DNA from: Bdellovibrionales bacterium
Lineage (GTDB): Bacteria; Bdellovibrionota; Bdellovibrionia; Bdellovibrionales; JAGQZY01
Assembly (NCBI GenBank): GCA_031429075.1
Contig: JANOYW010000028.1
Location: 14,205 to 78,204 of the forward strand
Reading direction: 5' to 3'
Length of the DNA: 64,000 bases
This document shows, piece by piece, positions 29,497-36,745 of the stretch. The position numbers and the translations under genes are program-made. Each line of letters opens with the position of its first letter. Position 1 is the first letter of the stretch. The notes under the pieces were generated by a model. It saw nothing but the letters and a program-made list of their open reading frames with translations. It was not told the DNA's origin and made no database searches.

Positions 29497-29970
29497 TTCG
29501 TTGTGGTAGGGGATGCCCTTAAGAATTGTGAAGGCGCGGTAGATTTGTTCTAGCAAAAAGAGTTGGGCTACGTGGTGGTTCATGGTCATTTTTGACAAGC
29601 TGATTTTATCGTTGGCGCGCTTTTGGATGGCTTCGCTAACGCCGTAGGCCCCACCAATAATAAACGTGCAGCGACGGGAACTGAAATGTTCCTGAAGTTT
29701 CGAAAGCTTTTTTGAAAACTCAATGGAGGTCATCGCTTTACCGCCCACATCGCAAAGGATCACATAGTCTTTATCGTCGATTTTTTTAAGAAGGCGCTCG
29801 GCTTCGCGCTCGATTTTTTCTTCGATCTTTTCGCGCGCTTCACGGTAGGGCTTGATAGCCGCAACTTCAAATTTGATAAAATGATTTAATTTTTTTTCGT
29901 AAATTTGTTGAGCGAGCGCAAGCCAGTTCTCTTTGTCTTCGGAGACAACAAGCAGCTGCATTTGCGTCAC
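29494..29970 (-). CDS. rlmH: 23S rRNA (pseudouridine1915-N3)-methyltransferase RlmH
   Basis: SPOUT/RlmH C-terminus FIIGGAYGVSEAI...ISLSKMTMNHHVAQLFLLEQIYRAFTILKGIPYH. Confidence 0.9.
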   Translation of the reverse strand: MTQMQLLVVSEDKENWLALAQQIYEKKLNHFIKFEVAAIKPYREAREKIEEKIEREAERLLKKIDDKDYVILCDVGGKAMTSIEFSKKLSKLQEHFSSRRCTFIIGGAYGVSEAIQKRANDKISLSKMTMNHHVAQLFLLEQIYRAFTILKGIPYHNE

Positions 29971-29973
29971 AAA

Positions 29974-31014
29974 CTATTTTCCTATTTCTGGTTTATCAAG
30001 GGTTGGATCTTTCAACTTAAGATCCTCCGCCATTCTCCAAAGGTTTTCTAGATTGTATTCCATGCGGACGTAATCATAAAAAATATGAACAATCAAAGAC
30101 CCAAAATCCACAAGGACCCAGCGCCCCTCATCCATTCCCTCGATGCCCACAGGAGTCAGACCATATTGATTTTTGACTTCTTTGTAGAGCCACTCACCCA
30201 GGGACTGTGTGTGTCGCTTACTTGTTCCTGAAGCGATGATCACATAGTCCGATGGGGCGATCATTTCTTTTAAATGCAGGGCCCGTACATTGATGGCTTT
30301 TCTATCAAAAAGAGTGTTTGCACAAAACTCAGTAAACAAACGGTAATCGCCCACTTTAGGGCCGATAAGAGGATAGAGATTGTGCTCTTTAATATATTCT
30401 TCCACTCGGATATCTAAAAACTTATCAACACTGCGATTGGTTTTTAAAAATTTGCGAATCTCTGTGGCGGCAACGTCGATTCCTTTAACACGCAAAAACT
30501 CAACGGTTCTGCCGGTTGTGAGAGCAATAAAAGAGCGGTCAAGAACGTCAACATAAGGACGAAGCTCAACGGGAAGATCTTCCTTACTAAACGGTAAAAT
30601 GTTTCCCGGGCGGCTCACCACGATAAAGTTGCACATTTCCAGAAGCTTTTCGAACTTGTGCCATTTATGAATTTGATAAAATTCATCTAAACCTACAACA
30701 AGATGAATTTGTTCCGGTGTGTACTCTTCGAGATACTTTTCCACAGTTTGAATCGTGTAACTTTTCCCTTTGCGACGAATTTCTTGATCGTCTACTTCAA
30801 CATTATCAAAGTCTTGCAAACCTGCTCGAACCATCTCCGCGCGCTGTTCGGGCGTTGGACCATCGACAAAATCTTTTAATGGGTTTTGGTGCGCCGGAAT
30901 CACATACACTTTGTCGATTTTTGTTTTTTCGAAAATATTTTGAATACAGTATGTGTGACCCATATGAAAGGGATCAAACGTGCCGCCATAAAGGGCAATT
31001 ATTTCATTACGCAT
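29974..31014 (-). CDS. nadD: Fusion protein: nicotinate-nucleotide adenylyltransferase NadD + ribosomal silencing factor RsfS
   Basis: N-terminal YGGTFDPFHMGH (NadD). The C-terminal ~120 aa carry RsfS motifs DYVIIASGTSKRHTQSL...WVLVDFGSLIVHIF. One uninterrupted ORF of 346 aa. Confidence 0.85.
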   Translation of the reverse strand: MRNEIIALYGGTFDPFHMGHTYCIQNIFEKTKIDKVYVIPAHQNPLKDFVDGPTPEQRAEMVRAGLQDFDNVEVDDQEIRRKGKSYTIQTVEKYLEEYTPEQIHLVVGLDEFYQIHKWHKFEKLLEMCNFIVVSRPGNILPFSKEDLPVELRPYVDVLDRSFIALTTGRTVEFLRVKGIDVAATEIRKFLKTNRSVDKFLDIRVEEYIKEHNLYPLIGPKVGDYRLFTEFCANTLFDRKAINVRALHLKEMIAPSDYVIIASGTSKRHTQSLGEWLYKEVKNQYGLTPVGIEGMDEGRWVLVDFGSLIVHIFYDYVRMEYNLENLWRMAEDLKLKDPTLDKPEIGK

Positions 31015-32053
31015 TGTTTGAGTCCTTTACAAAGACGATCTCTGATAACTTATTTACAAGCTGAGGAAGATTCGTTCTCGTTGCTGCAGAAATCTTAATT
31101 ATTTGTTTTTCGCCTTTTTTTGCAAATTGAGCCTCTAAATATTCAAGACGATCAGGCGTTGTTGAATCTATTTTATTAAACACGACAACTTGCGGACGTG
31201 TTGCAAGAGCACGATAGCCCTCTTGCTCCTGATTCAGGGAGTCGTAGGCCTTGAGTTCCTCGTTGATATCACAAAAATCCTGCCACACATCACGGTCGGA
31301 GAAGTCACTTACATCTAATAGGTGAACAAAACATTTAGTTCTTTCGATATGCTTTAAAAACTTATGTCCCAAACCGTGACCGAGATGGGCCCCTTTAATA
31401 AGGCCTGGAATATCGGCGATGATAAAGTTTTTATCATCAGAAATGGAGACAATAGAAACAACCCCAAGTTGTGGGTTGAGAGTTGTAAACGGATAGTCGG
31501 CTATCACAGGCTTGGCCGCCGTCACCGAAGACACCAATGTTGATTTTCCTGCGTTTGGAAAGCCGATAATTCCCACATCGGCGATGGTTTTAATTTCGAT
31601 CATCACATCGACAAGTTGTGCGGGTTCGCCGGGTTGTGCATAAGTAGGAGCTTGGTTCACGCTGGTTTTAAAAAAGGTATTTCCTTTTCCGCCGCGCCCA
31701 CCAGTTAAAAACTGATAATCCCCCGCTTTTTCGATATCCAGAAGAATTTGTCCTTCGAGATCTTTGACCACGGTTCCAACAGGAACTTCGACGATGAGAT
31801 CTTTACCATCGGGTCCACTCATTTTTTGAAAACCACCGGGATGCCCGTCTTCGGCTTGAAGCTTTCGCTTCCCCGTATACGAGTACAAGCTGCTTACGTT
31901 AAGCGTCGCACGAAAAACAACGTGTCCACCGCGACCACCATCTCCACCGTCGGGTCCACCGCGAGGAACAAGGGCTTCACGGCGAAAACTGACTTTTCCA
32001 GCTCCACCTTTACCTGATTGCAATTGAATTCTAATTTGATCTACGAACTTCAT
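31007..32053 (-). CDS. obg: GTPase Obg/CgtA
   Basis: MKFVDQIRIQLQSGKGGAGKVSFRRE, a Gly-rich Obg fold, G1 GFPNAGKST and G3 DIPGLI. Confidence 0.95.
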   Translation of the reverse strand: MKFVDQIRIQLQSGKGGAGKVSFRREALVPRGGPDGGDGGRGGHVVFRATLNVSSLYSYTGKRKLQAEDGHPGGFQKMSGPDGKDLIVEVPVGTVVKDLEGQILLDIEKAGDYQFLTGGRGGKGNTFFKTSVNQAPTYAQPGEPAQLVDVMIEIKTIADVGIIGFPNAGKSTLVSSVTAAKPVIADYPFTTLNPQLGVVSIVSISDDKNFIIADIPGLIKGAHLGHGLGHKFLKHIERTKCFVHLLDVSDFSDRDVWQDFCDINEELKAYDSLNQEQEGYRALATRPQVVVFNKIDSTTPDRLEYLEAQFAKKGEKQIIKISAATRTNLPQLVNKLSEIVFVKDSNNA

Positions 32054-32080
32054 GGGGACTCGCTACGAGCGATAAGATTG

Positions 32081-32101
32081 TGCGAGAGAGATCCTCTCGC
32101 A
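32081..32101 (-). other. Intercistronic stem-loop between rpmA and obg
   Basis: Perfect 8-bp stem TGCGAGAG/CTCTCGCA with a 5-nt loop and no following T-run. Possibly a processing or attenuation structure. Confidence 0.35.
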
Positions 32102-32116
32102 ACATTCAAACTCAGA

Positions 32117-32383
32117 TTATGCCGATTTAGCTTCGGAATAAACGCTCACTTTAAATTTTTGTTTTGTGATGCGCTCAAACTTAACTTGGCCTAAAATTAC
32201 AGAATAAATCGTATGGTCACGTCCAATGCGAACGTTATTCCCTACGTAAAATTCTGTGCCACGCTGGCGAACTATAATAGTTCCCGGAGTTACAGTTTCG
32301 CCACCAAATCTTTTAACACCTAGTCTCTTACTTTGACTGTCGCGGCCGTTCTTTGTACTACCCGCGGCTTTCTTCGATGCCAT
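32117..32383 (-). CDS. rpmA: 50S ribosomal protein L27
   Basis: [24 protein letters not shown]...IIVRQRGT, the canonical L27 pattern. Confidence 0.97.
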   Translation of the reverse strand: MASKKAAGSTKNGRDSQSKRLGVKRFGGETVTPGTIIVRQRGTEFYVGNNVRIGRDHTIYSVILGQVKFERITKQKFKVSVYSEAKSA

Positions 32384-32402
32384 ACTTCACCTCTACTATT
32401 GA

Positions 32403-32936
32403 TTATTTAGTTTTCTTTGCGACTTTCTTTTTCGTCGCGCCCGTAGTTTTCTTTTTAGTTGTGGTTTTTTTCGCTTTAGAAGCAGTGGCTTTCTTTTTAG
32501 GAGCCGCAGCTGCTTTTTTAGCTTTTACCGCTTTTTTCTCGCCTGAATTCGCCGCAGCCAATTTAGCTGCTTTTTTTGCTGGGTCTTTTACTGGAGCTGA
32601 CATTTCTGTAACAACTTTTTCACCAGTGGGTCCAACAATCGATTTAACAAACAACTCTGTATACGGTTGTCTGTGGCCCGTAAGACGTCTGTAGCCCTGA
32701 CGACGACGGCGTTTAAAAATAATAATTTTTGGATTTTTGCTTTGCTGAGTAACGACCACAGTAACTTTGGCGTCCTTCACAAGTGGCGAGCCAAATTGAG
32801 TGGTTTCACCAGAAACTATCAGAACTTCGTTCATATCAAATTCATCACCAAGATTTTTTTCGAGCTTCTCGACGCGAACAACGTCTCCCGCTTTGACTTT
32901 ATATTGTTTACCGCCTGTGCGGATGACTGCGTACAT
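32403..32936 (-). CDS. rplU: 50S ribosomal protein L21 with a 77-aa Lys/Ala/Thr-rich C-terminal extension
   Basis: MYAVIRTGGKQYKV...FKRRRRQGYRRLTGHRQPYTEL is the L21 core (~100 aa), followed by ...PAKKAAKLAAANSGEKKAVKAKKAAAAPKKKATASKAKKTTTKKKTTGATKKKVAKKTK. ATG 32936 lies 4 nt after AGGAGG. Confidence 0.9.
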   Translation of the reverse strand: MYAVIRTGGKQYKVKAGDVVRVEKLEKNLGDEFDMNEVLIVSGETTQFGSPLVKDAKVTVVVTQQSKNPKIIIFKRRRRQGYRRLTGHRQPYTELFVKSIVGPTGEKVVTEMSAPVKDPAKKAAKLAAANSGEKKAVKAKKAAAAPKKKATASKAKKTTTKKKTTGATKKKVAKKTK

Positions 32937-32940
32937 AGGA

Positions 32941-32954
32941 CCTCCTGAAGGAGG
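32941..32954 (-). promoter_or_regulatory. Possible SD-sequestering hairpin at the rplU ribosome-binding site
   Basis: The minus-strand RNA reads CCUCC-UUCA-GGAGG, then UCCU, then AUG. The GGAGG arm is the only SD for rplU. Confidence 0.35.
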
Positions 32955-33015
32955 TAAAGAAGTGCCACAGCGCAAAAGTTTTGTCAATAAAACCGCCTAC
33001 TTCAAAGGCAAAAAA

Positions 33016-33043
33016 ATAGGCCTGCTTAACAAGGCAGGCCTAT
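33016..33043 (-). terminator. Rho-independent terminator of the histone-like gene
   Basis: 10-bp stem ATAGGCCTGC/GCAGGCCTAT with an 8-nt loop, followed on the minus strand by TTTTTTT. Confidence 0.75.
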
Positions 33044-33067
33044 TAGTATATCTAAATTTAGAACGGA

Positions 33068-33262
33068 TTACAGATGATCGATAACGATATCTCTCGCCAT
33101 AACCGTTTTGCGTCCATCAGCCTTTGCAGACTCTGAACCTTTTTCACATAATGCTTCTACGGCTTTACTGAGTATGTCGATGGTTTCAGCGGAAGTGTTA
33201 AAGCCATATTTATCTTTAATGTGTTTCTTTACTTTGCTCGTGACGACAAGAACGTCTGCCAT
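33068..33262 (-). CDS. Histone-fold DNA-binding protein (bacterial histone, Bd0055/HBb-like)
   Basis: 64 aa: MADVLVVTSKVKKHIKDKYGFNTSAETIDILSKAVEALCEKGSESAKADGRKTVMARDIVIDHL. The GRKTV..RDI block matches the L2-alpha3 signature of archaeal histones. AGGAGG lies 5 nt before the ATG. The gene has its own terminator. Confidence 0.75.
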   Translation of the reverse strand: MADVLVVTSKVKKHIKDKYGFNTSAETIDILSKAVEALCEKGSESAKADGRKTVMARDIVIDHL

Positions 33263-33444
33263 GAAGACCTCCTAAAGTGCATAAATTGCTTCCTAGAATC
33301 TATATTAGGGGCCCTGAGAGTTCAAAAGAAATAAAAGCGGCGTCTCAGCGTGTTTTTTAGCTCATTTAAAATCGTTTTTTATTAGTAATTTTATATACTT
33401 ATCGAAAGCTTCACGGCGCCTGTCGGGGTTCGCCGCCTTGCGGC

Positions 33445-34905
33445 CTAAATCTCAATAATTTTATCGCCGTCCACTTGCATGAGCTTGGCACTCCGCAAAC
33501 CATCAGCCTGGGGACTAATCCATACAAAGGCCTTTTGCCCCTGAAACTTTGTACATTCCACATCGAGAAAGGCAGGAGACCATGTGCCGGGATTTAAATG
33601 CTCGATGGCCCCAATGATTTCATGGCGCACAATATGGGTGTGTCCATAGATGACTCTTTTTGTGGAGGTGATCATGCCTGAAAGCGATAAAACTTCCTCA
33701 TCGGGCTTCTTATAGAGCGATATATAGGACTGCACGTTGCGGCTGTAGAGGAAATAAGGGGGAAACAGAATTCCCACCGGCACCAGCATCCAATAGAAGG
33801 AGATTTGATAGATCTTATCAATTAATAAGAACGCATAGAGCAAAAGAAAAAAACCAAACAGAAAAATAAATGTTCGATCCAGCCACAGTTCTTTTAAAAT
33901 CTTTAAGGGGCTGTCCGAAATGGGCTGTGCGAAGAGCGGTTGAAGCTCACGCACCATTCGCGGTGTGGCATTGGCTTTTTTGGCAATTTCATCAACACGG
34001 TCTTCGATGGTTAGGGGGTTTTGTAAGGCGCGTAGTGATCGATGACGAAGTGTTTGAATAAAGGTCATAACCGTTGACCAAAACCCCGTCCAGATGAGAA
34101 GGGGTTGGGCGCGCAGCATGTATTTGAAGTAGGCCTTGGTAAAACCCCAAGCCGAAAGCAAATAGTTTGCGTCGACGTGGGGATTAAAGAAACCCATGCC
34201 GTTACTTAAGTAGCGGCACGCTAAATCGCCAAAAGGTAAGCGCACCAGCAGTCGATTGTAGTCCACCACCACCGGATTGATGGGGTCTTGCATGCAGCAG
34301 AAAGGATCGTGCTGGTGTCCGTGTTCAACCAGGGTGTCTTTGTTGCTGATGTAAAACCATTCCACAAAACGCACGTGTCGACGCTGCTCGATGTCTAATT
34401 TTAAAAGTTCGAGGATTTTTTTTTGAACGTCGAGCCAGTTGAGTTCGAGATCATGGTTGCCAATGACAAAAACCACGCGATGACCTTCGCCCACAAACCA
34501 CGTCAGGGCTTCCACCCAAATCGGGTGATCTTTAAGAATCATTTCAATTTTATAAATGGATTTTTCTTTTTCCGTATCCAAACCGCGACGCGACTCCAGC
34601 CAGGAGACATGGTAGCCCGGCTCTTTGGGAAACGATGTCACGCTGTCAAAATCAAAAATATCGCCATTGAGAATAAGCTCGACGGTTTTGCCTTGAGCTT
34701 CGCTATGAATATACTTAAGGAACGAAAAAAACTCCGCATCAAAAAAAAATTCTTTCGACTTAAATTTTTTCCATAGAGGATGTTTATGGTTTAAGGGCTC
34801 CGATTCGCAAAGGTGAAGGTCACTCACCACAGCCGTGTGGCTGGCTGTAGAAAAATCGATCTCCTCATTTGAGAAATCGATGTGAGTAGAAACCGTCTCT
34901 ACCAT
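33445..34905 (-). CDS. Membrane-associated metallophosphoesterase (calcineurin-like)
   Basis: MPE motifs VSDLHL, NGDIFDF, IGNHDLE, EHGHQHD and, after about 190 aa containing three hydrophobic segments, YGHTHIV. Confidence 0.7.
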   Translation of the reverse strand: MVETVSTHIDFSNEEIDFSTASHTAVVSDLHLCESEPLNHKHPLWKKFKSKEFFFDAEFFSFLKYIHSEAQGKTVELILNGDIFDFDSVTSFPKEPGYHVSWLESRRGLDTEKEKSIYKIEMILKDHPIWVEALTWFVGEGHRVVFVIGNHDLELNWLDVQKKILELLKLDIEQRRHVRFVEWFYISNKDTLVEHGHQHDPFCCMQDPINPVVVDYNRLLVRLPFGDLACRYLSNGMGFFNPHVDANYLLSAWGFTKAYFKYMLRAQPLLIWTGFWSTVMTFIQTLRHRSLRALQNPLTIEDRVDEIAKKANATPRMVRELQPLFAQPISDSPLKILKELWLDRTFIFLFGFFLLLYAFLLIDKIYQISFYWMLVPVGILFPPYFLYSRNVQSYISLYKKPDEEVLSLSGMITSTKRVIYGHTHIVRHEIIGAIEHLNPGTWSPAFLDVECTKFQGQKAFVWISPQADGLRSAKLMQVDGDKIIEI

Positions 34906-35675
34906 GTGAGCTTATTTTCTTTAGGTTCGATAACTTTTAAGATGAGGATAGACAGTTCGTAGAGCAAAACCATGGGTACCGCCAAAAGCATCATACTGAT
35001 CGCATCGGGCGGCGTAAATACCGCCGAGGCCGCCGCGATGGCAACGATGGCGTAACGTCGCATTCTCGTCAAACCGCGACTGGAAACAATTCCCACCATT
35101 CCCAGCAGAACAATAATCAGAGGCATCTCGAAAGCGGCCCCAAAAACTAACACAGTCATCAGGAAAAAAGAAACATAGTAGTCAATGGTGATCAACGCTT
35201 TGTCGGTTGTTCCGCCAAACTCCATAAGAACTTTCAAACCCGCTGGTAAAACCAAAAAATAAGCAAAACTAACGCCTATTAAAAAAAGAATTGTCCCGAA
35301 GAAAATAAAATATCTGCCGAATTTTTTTTCTTTCAAGTACAAACCAGGCTCTATGAATTTCCAAACATGGTAAATCCAAACTGGGCAAGCCGCTACCAAA
35401 CCAGCTATAACCGACACTTTGATGTGCGCCATAAATTTTTCTGTGGGTGCATTAAAATAAAGTCCCTCACCAGGAGGTAAAAGCTTGGCAATGGGCTGGC
35501 GTACAAAATCGAAGATATACTCGCTAAAGTACCATGCGGCACAGGTAAAAAGAACTATGGCATAAAGAGAATAGACAATGCGAGTTCGTAACTCGGACAA
35601 ATGCTCTACGAGTGTGAACGAATCTTTTTCTGGTGACTCGGGATCATGTACTTGATTTTTTTTCGTCATGTTCAT
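34899..35675 (-). CDS. tatC: Twin-arginine translocase subunit TatC
   Basis: LVEHLSELRTRI, six TM helices, AAASAVFTPPDAISM. Confidence 0.9.
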   Translation of the reverse strand: MNMTKKNQVHDPESPEKDSFTLVEHLSELRTRIVYSLYAIVLFTCAAWYFSEYIFDFVRQPIAKLLPPGEGLYFNAPTEKFMAHIKVSVIAGLVAACPVWIYHVWKFIEPGLYLKEKKFGRYFIFFGTILFLIGVSFAYFLVLPAGLKVLMEFGGTTDKALITIDYYVSFFLMTVLVFGAAFEMPLIIVLLGMVGIVSSRGLTRMRRYAIVAIAAASAVFTPPDAISMMLLAVPMVLLYELSILILKVIEPKENKLTW

Positions 35676-36006
35676 CTACCAAAAGTTGCTCTTGATGTTT
35701 TTTAAGTTCGGCTTCGAGGTCCACAGTCACCGAGTGTTCATCCTCTAAGAGTTGCGAACGAATGTGCTCTTTAGAATCATAAACAGCGTCTTGGATTTCG
35801 GCAATGGCGCCAAGACCTTCCTGCATGGGTTTTTTGAGTTCCTCTTTCATTTCTAAGAGTCCACCTGAAAGATCGGTGGTGGCTTTTTTAAATTCGTTCA
35901 TCATGCGGCCCAACACCTTGGCGACCTCTGGAAGCTGTCTGGGCCCAATGAGTAAAAGAGCTAATACACCAACAATAAGAATTTCGGAAAAGCCTAGATT
36001 AAACAC
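35644..36006 (-). CDS. Twin-arginine translocase TatA/TatB-family protein (TatB-like)
   Basis: MFNLGFSEILIVGVLALLLIGPRQLPEVAKVLGRMMNEFKKA, with an acidic C-terminal tail. Overlaps tatC. Confidence 0.8.
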   Translation of the reverse strand: MFNLGFSEILIVGVLALLLIGPRQLPEVAKVLGRMMNEFKKATTDLSGGLLEMKEELKKPMQEGLGAIAEIQDAVYDSKEHIRSQLLEDEHSVTVDLEAELKKHQEQLLVDEHDEKKSST

Positions 36007-36050
36007 AGTCCTGCTAGATTAGCGGGTGACCTATTTGCTGTCACCTTTTT

Positions 36051-36662
36051 TCATTGATTCTTACAGTTTTTAAGGCTTTGGCCGTTTTGGTAAATGCCCT
36101 TTTCAACCAAGATGTCTTGCGCGAGAGATGAACCTGTTTTGGCCTGTAAGTCCATTAAACGCAAAATATTAGCAGGGTCGGAACCGATGGTTTTTCGACT
36201 CATCACCATAAATACATCCACAAACAAGCTAAATTTTTGCGCGATTTCCATATACATTTTTGCGTACGTATCTTCGTACATTCCGCGTGAAAGCGACGAA
36301 TAGGCTGTGGCACCCATGTCGATATAATAATCCACGTCGACCACTTTGCGCTGGAAGGAGTCGGAAAAAAACCCACTCATGTAAAGCGCACTATCGCCGA
36401 GTTTTTTTAGAAGATCGTAGCGTTGTTTTTGTGGAGCATTGGCGGCTCGTAACATCATCTCTGCAAGGGTATCGCGAGTTCGTTTTCCCGAAGCTTCTTC
36501 CTCGCTATATAAATTTGTCGCTAAAAGATAATGATTTAGTAAATCAACCAGGTAGGCTTCGACATGCGGGTAGGTTTCGATTTTTCTATCAAGTAGTGCC
36601 TCTTTCAGAGACTGCCTGAAAAAGGTTTTTGAGTCTTCGCCAATGGATATAATGGGCTTCAC
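36051..36662 (-). CDS. Hypothetical cytoplasmic protein
   Basis: 203-aa helical protein with no signal peptide and no motif I recognise. Confidence 0.4.
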   Translation of the reverse strand: MKPIISIGEDSKTFFRQSLKEALLDRKIETYPHVEAYLVDLLNHYLLATNLYSEEEASGKRTRDTLAEMMLRAANAPQKQRYDLLKKLGDSALYMSGFFSDSFQRKVVDVDYYIDMGATAYSSLSRGMYEDTYAKMYMEIAQKFSLFVDVFMVMSRKTIGSDPANILRLMDLQAKTGSSLAQDILVEKGIYQNGQSLKNCKNQ

Positions 36663-36745
36663 AGTTTTATTTTAACACGCAACTAGCGATTCTAAAAAAA
36701 GATTTCGCATCTATAATCTCAACTTTGTCTCACTATAAGACGTTT

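Noticed and set aside
32353-32694. A 113-aa plus-strand ORF rich in Phe/Ala/Val, opposite the L21 tail.
   Set aside because: It is the antisense reading of the Lys/Ala-rich (AAA/GCN) codons, a low-complexity artefact.
36025-36051. A plus-strand-oriented terminator-like hairpin (GGTGAC/GTCACC plus a T-run) between the hypothetical gene at 36051-36662 and the tatB-like gene.
   Set aside because: No plus-strand gene lies upstream of it. On the minus strand it lacks a T-run. It is probably an incidental or weak structure in the tat promoter region, so it was not called.
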